This document shows positions 50,819 through 64,000 of a stretch of 64,000 nucleotides of DNA, piece after piece (the stretch's first letter is position 1; each line of letters begins with the position of its first letter). The stretch is taken from positions 42,374 to 106,373 of IMG/VR virus record IMGVR_UViG_3300028591_000010; one strand, given 5' to 3'. The translations under genes were made by a program, and so were the position numbers. This DNA is from a virus. Taxonomy: Duplodnaviria > Caudoviricetes. Below the pieces are notes generated by a model. It had not been told where the DNA came from and searched no databases. It saw only the letters and a list, made by a program, of their open reading frames with translations.

Positions 50819-53572
50819 ATGATAAATACAATATTTTATTTTATAGATGATCTGTCGTTTGAAGATTATCAGGGAATGTTATAGAGAGAAGAGATAGCAC
50901 CACATACGATAGTCTTTGTTTCTAGCGACAAAACTATATACAAAGGTGGCGTATAGTACGGTACCACTAGTGATGAGGATCTATTGGAGACTTTAAAAAA
51001 GCTGATAAAATAGAATCCCGACTATATACTTCCTGCCGCTACTTCTACAAAACTAGGAGCAATAAAGATAGGTTATCCTGAGAATCAAAGAAACTATGCT
51101 GTCCGTTTGGATGAAGAGACAAAGAAAGCATATGTTACTGTACCCTGGGATACTCAAGTTGGTCCTAAGGGTGATAACGGTAGAGGTGTTGTTTCTATAG
51201 AGCTCACTAGTTCCGAAGGCACCAATCCTAGAATAGACACATATACCATAACTTACACAGATGGTACTACTTCTACATTCCAAGTAACAAACGGTGTTAT
51301 TGGTAGAGATGGTAGAGATGGTGCTAAAGGAGATAAAGGTGCTAAAGGCGACAAAGGTGATAAAGGAGATAAGGGAGATCCTGGTGAAAAAGGTGCTAAA
51401 GGAGATAAAGGTGATAAAGGAGAAAAGGGAGAAAAAGGTGACCCTGGCGTAGGAGGTACAGTACCAGAATACGACGACACAGAACTTCGTAACCTTATTA
51501 GTCTTTTACAAGACGCTCTTGATGATGCAAACGCTGTAGCAAATCAAGAAAAACAAAGACTCAACGATCTTATAAACGGTCTTGATGCATCCATAAGACT
51601 TAAAATAGAACAGTTAATGGCAGATGCTAACTGGGTCTAGAATAACTTTCCTGAAAATACACCGGGTAGTCAATCTAACTTTGGGCAAAGTGATGTAGAG
51701 GCTTATATACAAACTCTTGGTATCTGGGCAAAGGATGGAGATGTAACTAGAACAAGCTGGAATACACTTAGTCAGAATGTAAGTTCATAGGGAGATAGAC
51801 TTTCGTCTATTGAAGGTAGAGTTACAACTCTTGAGGGTACTACAGCTACAGGTGGTAACGTAAACTATAATCTGTTGTCTTCAAGCTTATATGCGTGGCT
51901 TAACGATCACTATACCGAAAGTGGAATGGAATCTACATGGGCTAAATTCATGCAGCTTAGTTCAGATGAGATATAGATGCTCAAATGGATGTCTTCCGGA
52001 TGTAGATCTTATATAGATACACAATCAGAAACAGCTGTTGCCCAGTTATTTGCTGCTGCTAGAGATTACGCTGATAATCAGACTGTACTCTCTTAGGCAG
52101 CTGCTGATGTGAACGCTTTGGTAGAAAGAGACGGTAATAATAATCTTGTGGCTAAATCTGCTATGACAGCTATGGTAGATAACGCTATTACAGGTATTAT
52201 CAATACAGCTACAGGAACTTCTGTCGGCACTACTATTTTCACACAGATGGAAAGTGACATCGATGCCAACAAAACCAATATTGCTGCAATCGCCACAAAG
52301 CTTACCGGAAACAGTGCTAATATTTCTGTCGGAGCAAAACTTGATGCTTTCACAGCAGGACTTATAACTAACCTCAACTTGGACAGTGCAGTAAATGGAT
52401 TGCTAGCAACAAGTACTACAGCTACTTACGGCACTGTTAGTGCTGCAATAATGCAGAACGTTAGTTCAGCACTTAGTGCTCAGCAAGACTTTGTATTAAA
52501 GAATGATCTTACATCTGCATATATTATACAGAAGATAAATGGCAATCAGTCTGAGACTACTATTGGATCAGATAAGATTAATATACATGGTGCACTTATC
52601 GCAGAAAACGCCACTATTACACAGTTGGTTAGCGACTTTATTTCTGGCGGAAGCGCTACATTTACTGGAGCTGTATAGGCAACATCATTCGTAGCCGGTG
52701 ATCCGAACGGTATAAATATTACGACTACAGCAAATCAAATTGCATTTAGAAACGGTGTTGATACTAGAGCGTATTTTGACTTGAATGGCAGCGGTATGCA
52801 GTTGCATGTAAAAGACAGTAGTGGTGATTGGTATACTATTGATTTTGCATTCTGGAATAACGAAGGCGGAAATAATGGTCCTGCTAATCACGTAACGTTA
52901 TTTAAATTAAAAAATACTATTCCACAAGATGCAATTAATACAGAAGAAGTAAAAGATAGTACTAAAACAATTTATTATACTAATTTAAGGAAATGTTATA
53001 CGGATTATGCTGGAACCACTGTCGCATCAAATTCAAACACATCTGGATATTATATAAATATAGCAGACTATAGAGACATAACTGCATCGAATGTTTGGCC
53101 TGCTGGAGATAATTTAAATTATTGGAGAGTTTTTTATACATATACTTATCACCATCCTACGTCTGGGGATTATACATATCCTGCTGTACTTAGTGCTTGG
53201 CCAGTAGAAGCATACGCTCCCGTATCGTTTGATAATTATGGTCAAATGATAATTGATACAAATCCTAATAACTTTATAGTAGTTACACGTGCGAGAGAAT
53301 ATGGAGGCTACGATTATGTATATTACTTTAGAGGAGCCTCTGTTACTACTAGTATACCTATTAGTAGTACATTCACTGGTTATAAAACAAATTCTGGTTC
53401 TGGTGGCGGAGATGCAGATATCCCCGTAGGAGGACCGTCGCGTATTGCAGGATTTTCTAGCGGTAGCAACGACTTATATATAGGTACTCTAACTAGATCT
53501 CTTACTACTATGAGTGGTCACTTCTCTACTGGTATATATAGCGGAGGAACTCTTACAGTCGCTAGCTATTAA
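50819..53572 (+). CDS. Collagen-repeat tail fibre protein (TAG read-through)
   Basis: Fragments 51107, 52109 and 52781 share a frame with ATG 50819; (GxKGDK)n collagen repeat. Confidence 0.8.
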
Positions 53573-53594
53573 TCTATTAGAAATATAATTGATT

Positions 53595-56500
53595 ATGGAA
53601 AGAATTAAAACCATATTTTATTTTGTAGAGAATCTCGACTTTGATACATACCATAGAAAATGGGAAACTAGAGAGATTGCAGACAGAACTATAATATTCT
53701 CCAGAAAAAATAAGTCTATCTTTGCTCATGGGATACAATACAGTCCCATGAGCACTGAAGATCTTAAACGGATTATACAAGATTTGCTTGATAGTGGAGA
53801 TCTTGTTCTTCCTGCAGCTGCAAGAGATAGAAGAGGTGCTATAAGAGTTGGTAACGGATTGTCTATAGGTGGAGAAGACGACGATGTACTTAGTGTAGAT
53901 TTCTCTAATGTAGAAGGTACAGAGGGTCTTTTAAAACTGATTAGAGAATTATTTGATTCTGCCGAGATACTTAGAGCTACTAAAGAACGTTTTGGTATTA
54001 TCAAGATCGGCAAAGGTCTTAATGTAGACAAGGATGGATTCTTAAATGTAGATTTCTCTGATCTCCCAGAAAACTCTAGCGTATATGCAAGCTACACTAA
54101 ATATGGTGTAGTAAAAGTAGAGAAAGATGGCGGCATTATTGTAGACAACGGTATAATCAGTGTAGATCCGGATAAATTCCCAGATGACCTCAGAGGAAAG
54201 CCAGGTGAAGATGGTAAAGATGGGCGAGACGGAAAATCTGCATATGAAATTGCTGTAGAAAACGGTTTTACTGGGACAGTAGAAGAATGGCTTGCATCTT
54301 TGAAAGGACAAGACGGCGCAAACGGAAGAGATGGTCGTGATGGCAGAGATGGTACAAACGGTAGAAATGGTACTGATGGACAAAACGGTAGAGACGGTTC
54401 TGACGGTAAAGACGGTAAAGATGGAAAAGACGGCGTAGACGGCAACGACGCCGTAGTAGATCTGGAAGAGTTAAAGAATGAAATTATTCTCAACATCAAG
54501 AATAATATTAATGAGGAGAATAACTGGTGGAATACCTGGGCAGAACTTCTTATAAATCAGGCTTGGGAAAGATTGCTTTCAGATCTCGATGGCAACTGGA
54601 ATACTATTATGCACCAAACTGGTTGGATAGACTCATTAAATGCTTATCTACAATCAGTATCGTTGTTCACTGTTTTACACGATGAGAATGGTACTACGTT
54701 AACAAGTAAATTTTCAGAGATACAATAGTCTCTTGATTCTATACGTCTTACAGTATAGGATATAGGCGGGTTCTTTGATTCAAATGGCAATCCTGTTTCT
54801 CTTGAAACAGCCATTGCTCAAATGATAGCTGGAATTGGAGATAATGAAGCTTTCAATAGTTTAGTAGCTTCAAAAGTAAATGAGAATCTAGCAAATGGTC
54901 AAATAACATCTGCTATCTCATCATTAGATATGCGAGTGTCTGACGTAGAAGGGGAATTATCTGCTACTAATAGACTTGTAGCTAGAGTAGATAATGGTAG
55001 TAACGTTACGCTTAATCTTCTTAAACAACTTTCAGACGGAACAAAGGCCGTTACTGATCTTTCTTCTTCGTATGATATATACGAGATGAATGGATAGGAT
55101 TACCAGTATGTAACAAAAGACGGATTGTGGGTTTATGATATAGATGAAGAAGGAAGAGCAATTCCTTGGAAAGCTATAAAGCTGTTCTACGTTGATGTTA
55201 ACGGAAACACCTCTGAAACGATCCCTGCAAATCCTAGATATAAGAAAAATAGAGTATGGGATGCTACTGCAAATAATGGCGCTGGAGATTGGGTAGAAGT
55301 AAACGCTCTTGACGAGAATAATAATCCACTCTACGACATGGTGGGGGAAATGGTATACTTCCAGAGAAATGGTGATACCGGAGATCTGCCGCATCCAAAT
55401 AACAACCCATCTTATATTTTAGAACGTGAATTGACACATGACGCTAACGGGGAACTCGTTTGGACTGGAGGAGGTACTCCAACTAATCCAAAAATGCTTA
55501 GTGATTCAAGAATAGCATATCATAGAGCTCGTGTAAGAAAAACAATATCTTTGGCTGATTTGCAATTAGGTGCTAATGCTGACCAAGCTTGGAATTTCCT
55601 TAGCGCAATGTACGAAGGATTCGGCGATGTACAAAATATAGCTAGCACTACACAAGTAGCTAATGCCAAGGGAGCTGTTATCGAGACTATGGCAAGGCAT
55701 ACATGCTATATTCCTAAGATAGAAAACGGAACTGTTTAGAAAGATCCAAACGGAAATGTTTACTATCAATGGGAAAGAAAAGAACAAAACGGAACCATAT
55801 CTATAGCGTGGAGTACAAGTGACAATGGTCCAGATGAACAAGGTACGTGGACAAAATCTATAAAATAGGACGTCAAAGCTGGCATGACAGCTGTTGCTAC
55901 TGAATATTTGGCGCAAGCCGGAATAACTTCTGCGATCGACGACATTGTAGCATATATGGGTACGTGTGTGACATATGACGAAAACACTGATACATATACG
56001 TCTACTGCAAAAGTTAGTGCAGAGAATATTATTTTAGAAGGTAATACATTTATTACTAATCTTACTGCCAATGAAGCTTTTATCAATAGCTTAAAAACAA
56101 AAGATTTAGGAGCGTCTCACAAGTTAGTTGCCGGAGAAGCTGGATACAAAGGTATTACCATTTCTCCATCTCCAGGTGGAAGTGGGGCTGCAGACATTAG
56201 GTACGGAACATTAGTCGAAAACGATGGCTCTATTAGCGTATATACTCCAGAAATAGCAATAGGAAATGAATATTGTTACGGGGTTTTATCCGATGGAGAC
56301 AACAATTTGGATAATCACAATGTTGTAGAAATAAGTGAATTTACAGGTTCTGGCAATTCCCATCGTAGACAATTTTCATCTAGGTTAGGAAATCACGGTC
56401 TTACAGTAAGATATTCATAGGACGTAGACACTTGGAGAGGTGCTGATAATAGCGTTGATGTATATGTTACCGATCAATTGGCAAATGTAAAGGTTCAATA

Positions 56501-56855
56501 GGGAGCAGTAGTTACTAATTATACTGCAAATGGAGCAACTGTTTCATCTGATATGCGTCTTAAAGATGTAGTGGAAGACGTAAATCTTACAGTAGAACAA
56601 ATAGCTAAAGCTCCAAGCTTTAAATATACGTTTAAAGGAGATTCTAAAAATAATGTTTATGTTGGTACTTCTGCTCAATATTGGTAGGGAATTTTACCAG
56701 AGACAGTAAATGATTCCGACGAATATTTATCTTTGGATTATTCTAGAATAGCTGCAGTTTCGGTTATACAGTTAGCGAAAGAAATCGTTAAATTAAAAGC
56801 TCAAAACGAAGAGTTGTTAAATAGAATAAAAGTACTTGAAAATAGCGTATAGTAA
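53595..56855 (+). CDS. Collagen-repeat tail fibre with C-terminal Peptidase_S74-type autocleaving chaperone (TAG read-through)
   Basis: Fragments share a frame; (GxDGxD)n repeat; SSDMRLK...VGTSAQYW...LSLDY and a coiled coil; ends TAG TAA. Confidence 0.82.
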
Positions 56856-56867
56856 ATACAATAAATA

Positions 56868-58925
56868 ATGGTAGATTTTACAAAAAAAATTCGTAATAGT
56901 TCGAAGTTCAGACAGTCAGCTCTGTTCTTCTAGGAACACGGCGTATATACATTAGCCCCAAGAGGGACAACTGATTATAATACATTCTGGGATAGAGAGA
57001 CTGATAGATGTCTCAATGGATATGTAGCAGAAGATGGAGATTCTATTACGGGCTACCATTATTTCTACTTAAATTATTGTCCTATAATGAAACTTGAGGA
57101 AGTTGAATATACAGATAGATACGGAAATAAACGTAAACGTCGTGAACGTATATTCGGCTTCCCAAGGTTCTGGGACAGTGATTATTATTACTTTAATGCC
57201 ATAGAAGAAGCAGAGAATCAAGGAAAACACATGGCAGTGTTGAAGTGCCGTCAAAGAGGATACTCATTTAAAGGTGCTTCGATGCTTGTTAGAAATTACG
57301 AGCTCATCCCAGGATCCAAAAACTTTGCAGTAGCTTCAGAACAGAAATTCCTAGTTGGTGATGGAATTCTTACGAAAGCTTGGTAGATCATGGACTTCAT
57401 AGATAAACATACGGATTGGAGCAAGCAGCGACTTACTTCTACCCGAATGGAGAGAGTCTCAGGTTTCAAAGTAAAAGATGAGTTAGGTAAAGAAACAGAA
57501 CAAGGTTATCTATCTGCTATAACCGGTATTACATTGAAGAACGACCCAGAACGTCTTCGCGGTACTCGTGGTAAACTAGTACTATTTGAAGAAGGTGGTA
57601 AGTTCCCAAATCTAGAAACAGCATGGCGAGTTGAACAACCAGCTGTAGAAACTGATGATGGACATGCATTCGGTCTCCTTATAGCATTTGGTACAGGTGG
57701 TACTGAAGGAGGAGCATTCGATGGTCTAAAGAACATGTTCTATCATCCAGATGCTTTTAATATACTAAGCTTCCCTAATATATGGGATGACGGTGCAGAG
57801 AATACACAATGCGGGTTCTTTGCTCCAGCCTACTGGAACATGGAAGGTGATGACGAAAACGGCAAGCCTAAGTTCATGGATGAGGATGGCAATAGCTTAG
57901 TAGATAAAGCAACAGAAGAGTTAATTAATCAAAGAAATAAAGTAAAGGACGGAGGAGCTACTTAGCAGTCTATTGATAGATTTATCTCTGAACGCCCTAT
58001 AAAACCGCAAGAAGCTTGCCTTGAATTAGGCAAGAATATATTTCCTAGAAAGCTCCTTATGGACTAGCTGACCAGGATACGTACCAATCTTAAGCTAAAG
58101 AACATGAAACATATAGTAGACTTAAGTTGGGATGGAAACGGCATGGTTAAGGCGACAGAAAAGAAATCAGGAGATATTACGGTATACCCATTAAAGAACG
58201 ATGACAAACCAGAAGGATCAGTAGTTATATGGGAATACCCAGTCTCAGACCCCCCATTTGGATTATACATTGGCGGCTGCGACCCGTATGATCATGACGA
58301 GTCATTTACTAACTCCTTAGGATCGACGTTCATATTTAAACGCGTTAGAGCAGGAGAAGCGTGGAATGACGTGATAGTAGCCGAATACACGGGCAGACCT
58401 GCAACAGCTGAAGAGTATTATGAGAATGTACGTAAACTGCTTACATTCTATAATGCTAGACTGTTGTTTGAGAATGAGCGCAAGGGTATTTATCCATACT
58501 TTACAAATAAACATTGCGATTATTTACTGGCAGATCAGCCAGATAAGATTATTACGGAAGTCTTTAAAGACAGTAGAGTACAGCGCCGTAAAGGCTGTCA
58601 CATGACAAAATAGATTAGGGCGTATGGAGAAGGTCTTATTCTTGAATGGTTAATGGAAGAATATGAACCAGGCCACCCTAATGTAGAAAGAGTATACAGC
58701 GAACCGCTTATCCAAGAGCTTATAGAAAACGACGGTGTAAAGAACGTAGACCGTTTGATAGCTCTATGTATGGTTATGATATACAGAGAAGAACTATACT
58801 AGGTTAAAGCGGCAGCTGCAAAGGAAGAAAACAAACAGGTCGAACTCTTCGAATTACCTCTATTCAGTCAACACTATTATGATGAACCAGAGGACTCGCA
58901 AGATGTTCCTATATTTAGTTTTTAA
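56868..58925 (+). CDS. terL: Terminase large subunit (TAG read-through)
   Basis: LKCRQRGYS Walker A, VLFEEGG Walker B, FGTGG, GCDPYD and LFENE nuclease motifs in one frame broken only by TAG. Confidence 0.92.
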
Positions 58926-58927
58926 AA

Positions 58928-61414
58928 ATGGTTAGAGTAGAAGATAATTTATACAATTCAAGCTTCCCTCAGCAGAAGCTACCTCTTAAGAAGAAAGATG
59001 AGAAGTGGTAGCATGACTGCGTAAACTATATTATCGGCGAGGGTAATGTCGTGTCTGGCGGAATGTAGAAGACACGCTTTGGAGAGATATAGACCTATTA
59101 TGACCTTTATAATTCAATATTCGATGAGAAGGATTTCAAGAGGGTTACAAACCCGTTCAAAGTTGATGATGGATTTCCTGCTACCCCACAAGATTTCAAT
59201 ATAATTAGGCCTAAGGTAGACCTCCTTATAGGTGAAGAGACAAAGAGGCCGATGAACTTTAGGGTAGTAAGAACATCATAGGAAGCTGCATCAGAACTCA
59301 TGGATAAAGAGAAAGAGATGCTTATGCAGTATATGATGTCAGCTATCATGGCAAAGATGAGTCCTGAAGAAGCTTAGCAATTCTAGCAGCAACTTGCTAA
59401 TGGTGAGGTTATGCCTCCTGAAGGTATTGCTAAGTATATGTCGAAGGATTATAAAGATATTATAGAAAATACAGCGTATCATACGCTTGTTTATCTTAGA
59501 GAAAAACTTAACTTAGACAATGAATTTATTAAAGGTTGGAAAGATGCTCTTATCTCTGGTACCGAAATATACTATGTTGGTGTGCAGAACGATGAGCCTT
59601 ATATGGAGAGGGTAAATCCTCTATTCTTTGCATACGACCAGTCACCAGATTTAGAGTTCATAGAAGACGCTTCATGGTGCTGTAGACGCATGAGAATGTC
59701 CATAGCTGAAGTATACGACCGTTATAATAATAAGTTGACTGAGAAGGACTTAAACAAGCTGTAGGAGATGCTTACAGGCAGACCTTCAAATGATATGGGA
59801 GATAAAGATCCTGTAGATAACTTTACAGGTATTCAAATGAGAATATATGACAATCCTGTATTCGATCAGAAGAGCAGACATAATATAAATGTATGGCACT
59901 GCTGCTGGAAGTCGTTTAAGAAGATCTACTATGTTACTTATATGGACGAGATGGGAACTCCACAGACGGAGATCGTAGACGAGTCCTATAAGAAGACTGG
60001 CATGGAGTTGGATGTAACACCTGACTGGATTATAGAGGTCTGGGAAGGTTATAGAGCTGGTTCAGACTTATACTTTGGTATACAGCCATTAGAGTATCAG
60101 CACATCTCTATAGACAATCCTAACAGCCAGAAACTGCCTTACACGGGTGCAGTATACAGCAATACTAACAGTAAGCCTAGAAGTCTTGTAAGTATACTTA
60201 AGCCTCTACAATATATGTATATTGTACTGTGGTATAGACTTGAATTAGCTATAGCAAGAGATAAAGGTAAGGTAGTCAACATGGATATTACATAGATACC
60301 TAAGTCTATGAATATCACCCCAGAAAGATGGATGCATTATCTATCTTCAGTAGGTGTAAACTTTATTAATCCTTATGAAGAAGGTTGGAATGTACCAGGT
60401 AGAGAAGGCGGAAAGCCTGCTACGTTTAATCAAATCACTGCTCTCGATCTTACTATGTCGAACGTGATAGCTGAGTATATACAGCTAATGGATAAGATAG
60501 AACAGCTAGCGGGTACAATATCTGGTATTACAGAGCAGCGTCAAGGTGCTATTAGCTAGAATGAGCTTGTAGGTAATGTAGAACGCAGCGTAGTACAATC
60601 TTCGCATATTACAGAACCCTTGTTCTGGATACACAACCAGTGCAAGAAGCACGCACTTAATATGCTCCTAAACACGGCTAAAGGGGCGTGGGAGCAATCC
60701 GGTAAGAAGAAGCTTAGCTATGTATTCGATAACGGAGAGCGTGCATATATAGACATTGCTGATAAGTTCTATTATGAGGATATGGATGTATTCGTAAGTG
60801 ATACTTCTAAGGATGTAGAGAATATCCAAAAGCTACAACAGCTCATACAGCCTGCTATGCAGAATGGAGCTAGTCTCCTTGAAGCAGCAGAGATCCTTAC
60901 TAATGATAACTTCAACATCATTAAGCAGAAGCTTAAGGAAGCTCAGGAACGTCAGGAGCAAATGATGCAGCAGCAACAGCAAGCTGAACAGCAGCAAGCT
61001 CAGCAGTTACAGCAGATGCAGAATGAGATGCGTGAACAAGAGCTTATGCTTGAAGAAGCTAAGATGGATCTAGAAAGATATAAGATTGATGCTGATAATC
61101 AGACTAAGATTGCAGTAGCTGAGATTAGTGCATACCGTGGTACAGAAGAGAAGGATGCCAATAATAATGGTATACCCGATCCTATGGAAATAGCCAAGGA
61201 TGCTACACAGCAGCGTAAGATTCTTTCTGACGAATATACTAAGCGTTATGAAGCTAAGTAGAAGAAGGAAATCGAGGATAAAAAGATTGATCTTGAGCGT
61301 GATCGTATGAAGCACGAGATGGATCTTCAGAAGCAGAAAGACGAAGCTGCTCTTGAACGTGAGAAAATTAAAGCGCGTACAGCATTAAAAAATAAAACAT
61401 CAAGTGGAAAATGA
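58928..61414 (+). CDS. Portal protein (TAG read-through)
   Basis: Follows terL; NIIRPKVDLLIGEE motif; Gln-rich C-terminal coil; single frame to TGA 61412. Confidence 0.85.
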
Positions 61415-61587
61415 CAAGAAGTGAAGAACAAGAGCTCTTAGAGCTTACAAGATAGAATAACTAGCTTCTAAGAGCTATACTTCGCTTTGTATAGCATGAT
61501 GAAGCTAATGATATGATGACTAACATAGTTGCTAATTTAGTAGCTAATAAGATGGAGGGAAATACTTATGCTCAAAGATCCTACTGA
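61411..61587 (+). CDS. Small hypothetical protein (3 in-frame TAG)
   Basis: ATGA-coupled to the portal stop; MTRSEEQELLELTR*NN*LL... Confidence 0.55.
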
Positions 61588-62662
61588 ATTTAGATAGAGA
61601 TTTGCTGCTTGGAAAAATGGAAAAATACCTTATTAGAACGGAAGACCAGAACCAATTTAGCAAGTTGATAATTCTGATGCAGATTTTGCAAAACGGTTAC
61701 GTTCTAATTGGAAACAAGAAATTTGGGATTGGGAAGGATCTGGAAAATCTGTAACGCATAAAATGGGAGATGCAGATAACATTATTTTCCCTAATGTCCA
61801 AACTACAAAAGGAGGCGGACTAATTGATTTTACTAACCCTATTTGGAAAGGAGTTGTAGATCCATTAAATAGAGCAATAATAAACAAGGATTATATTCAA
61901 ATGAAAACAGAATAGGACGCACGATGGTTTGGCCCTAATTATAAAAATTATTATCCCGGATTTAAAAACGGCAAATCAGAATGGGATGATTCTACAGACT
62001 TTATAACAAAGTATGAAGGATTCTCCGATACTACTTATCAAAAAAAAGGAGACGTTCCTACTATAGGATACGGCACTACTAATAAGAAATGGACATCTAA
62101 AGGTAAGATAACCGTTGCACAGGCTAGACAAGCTATGGCAGAAGATCTTGCTGCAAATGAAGGCTTACTTAGAAAGAATATTGTAGACTACGACAGGCTT
62201 CCAGACAGTGCAAAGACGGTATTGAGAGATATACTATACAATGTAGGATCTGGTAACTTATTTAGTAAGTCTCCAAAATTTATGCAGGCTCTAAATGCTA
62301 GAAATTATGAAGAGGCTGCAAGACAAATGGACTGGGATAATAACAAACCTGGATTCGGTGGAGCAAGGAAAAGAAATGCTGCTAGACAAGAACTATTTCT
62401 TAAAGATCTAAGAGCAGTTAAACCTGCGTCGTAGTTTGTAAGTTCTTTAGAAGAAAAGCCGCAGTTCGAACCCGTACAAATAGAAGTACCTGTAGATAGA
62501 ACAGATTTTTCTTTGTAGAACGCTTCTATGCAATCTACAGCACCAAGAAAACTAAACGTCTGGACTGGGTCGCAAAGTCCTGCTTATGGAGGAGCATCTG
62601 TAAGAATGCCAAGCATGCAAGAATACATGACTACAAAATCCATAATGCCAGTCGTATATTAA
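61568..62662 (+). CDS. Protein with GH24 (phage lysozyme-like) muramidase domain (TAG read-through)
   Basis: FITKYEGFSDTTYQKKGDVPTIGYGT...DILYNVG...RR..RQELF in one frame from ATG 61568 to TAA 62660. Confidence 0.8.
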
Positions 62663-62706
62663 ATATAACAGAATAAACTGTACAAATTAACAACATATAA
62701 TATTAT

Positions 62707-63870
62707 ATGAAGAAAAAGAATACTATTCCGAGTGACTTTGAGAATCTTCTCGGTGATATTGGTTATACTAATCCTGAAGAGGGAGGTGGTGTAACAATCA
62801 TCGAAGATGAACCATATGTACCACTCGTAGATGACGATGATGATAAGAAAGAGCCGCCAGTGAAAGATCCTGAGGACGGCAAAACAGCGGATCAGACTAA
62901 CGATCCAAACGCGCATGAAGATACGACTCCTGAGCCAGATCCTGCGCAAGTTACTAATCCAGAACCACCAGCAACACCCCCTGTAGAGGAACCTGCAACA
63001 GATGATCAGGAGCCTACGGACGCTGATGTAATCGAAGCTCAGCAGGTAGGTCTGCTATTCGATGCTATCGGTGATAAGCTTGGTTGGAATATGGACGATA
63101 TCGATGAGAAAGATAGACCTCTTAATACTGAAGACTTAGCAAACTATTTTGCAGAGGTTGTAAAACAAAACTCTGTTCCTGAGTATGCAGACGAGCGTAT
63201 ACAGTAGCTTGATGAGTACGTAAAGCAGGGTGGTAAGTTTGAAGACTTCTATGCTAAACAGCAAGAGGCGTTAACTATCGATAACATCGATCTCGAAGAC
63301 GAGAACAATCAAAAGGCAGTAGTACGCGAATTTATGAAGTACAGCGGTTATTCAGATGAGCAGATTAATAAGAAGATCTCTCGATATGAAGATAGCGATG
63401 TACTTTATGATGAAGCGGAGGATGCGCTTGACAGATTGAAAGAGATTAGGCAGAAAGAAGTTGAGGAAGCTCAGCGTCAGCAAGAAGAAGCTGCTAGACA
63501 GCAAGAAGAGCAGTCTAGAGAGTTCTTCAATAATGTTAGCAAGGAGATACAGAGCCTGACTAACATTAGAGGTATAAACGTACCTAAGGAAGATCGTAAA
63601 GCTTTGTTCGACTATATCTTTAAGCTTGATCAAAACGGTCAGTCACAGTATACTAAAGATTTTAATAAGAATCTATCAAAGAACCTGATCGAATCTGCAT
63701 ATTTCACTATGAAAGCTGACAGTTTGATTTCAACTGCCAAGAGAGATGGTGAGTCATCCGCTGCTGAAAAACTTAGGAATTTATTACGGCATTAGAGTAA
63801 GAATCACAGCACATACAATGCCGATGACAAACAGAAATCAGTAACAGACCTAGTCTCTGGGATGTTCTGA
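62707..63870 (+). CDS. Acidic scaffold-like protein preceding the major capsid gene (TAG read-through)
   Basis: ORFs 62707 and 63334 share a frame; ends TGA 63868; position upstream of MCP. Confidence 0.75.
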
Positions 63871-63896
63871 TGCAAGAATAAAGAATTTAAACATAT

Positions 63897-64000
63897 ATGA
63901 ATAATACTTTACTTAATAATCTCCAGCTGTATCGTGGACGTCGTTTCAGCGACCTGGTAGATGAGAACATGATTTCTAACGCTCTGCTGACCAAGCCTCA
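63897..64000 (+). CDS. Major capsid protein, 5' end (runs off the window)
   Basis: MNNTLLNNLQLYRGRRFSDLVDENMISNALLTKP resembles crAss-like MCP N-termini; synteny terL-portal-scaffold-MCP. Confidence 0.7.
   Translation, partial: MNNTLLNNLQLYRGRRFSDLVDENMISNALLTKP

Noticed and set aside
45296-56855. Diversity-generating retroelement or invertible tail-fibre cassette
   Set aside because: No reverse transcriptase, recombinase, template/variable repeat pair or flanking inverted repeats were seen in this window.
35037-63870. Late genes as pseudogenes or frameshifted fragments, as the ORF track suggests
   Set aside because: Fragments stay in one frame and are interrupted only by TAG; essential genes (terL, portal) and a CTA tRNA indicate recoding.

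Overview
A 64-kb segment of a crAss-like (Crassvirales) Bacteroidetes phage genome. Left arm (~777-29400, minus strand): early and replication genes in the standard code, including a PD-(D/E)XK nuclease, AAA ATPase, endonuclease, primase, SSB, Sak4-like ATPase, DnaB-like helicase, family-B DNA polymerase, an ECF sigma factor, three tRNAs and many small hypotheticals. Late genes start from a divergent intergenic region at ~32.2 kb. Leftward they include an amidase endolysin; rightward GroES-like, HU-like and dUTPase-like genes, tail/fibre proteins, terminase, portal, a lysozyme-domain protein, a scaffold-like protein and the start of the major capsid gene. Late genes read TAG as a sense codon (most likely Gln), so the supplied ORF track fragments them; an amber-suppressor tRNA(CUA) lies in the late operon. 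The unusual part is a layer of non-coding RNA signals: (1) a circularly permuted two-piece tmRNA with tag GNINIADYTGLKEAA; (2) a 13-14-nt motif 0-13 nt upstream of six replication-gene start codons that recurs as a 4-copy non-coding array, a candidate translational regulon with a sponge RNA; (3) five hairpins with an invariant UUGCGG loop and different stems; (4) several acceptor-stem/T-arm mini-tRNA elements; (5) a ~2.1-kb hairpin-rich non-coding block. Two phage-specific promoter classes are also visible. All calls are from reading the sequence by eye; no database searches were run.
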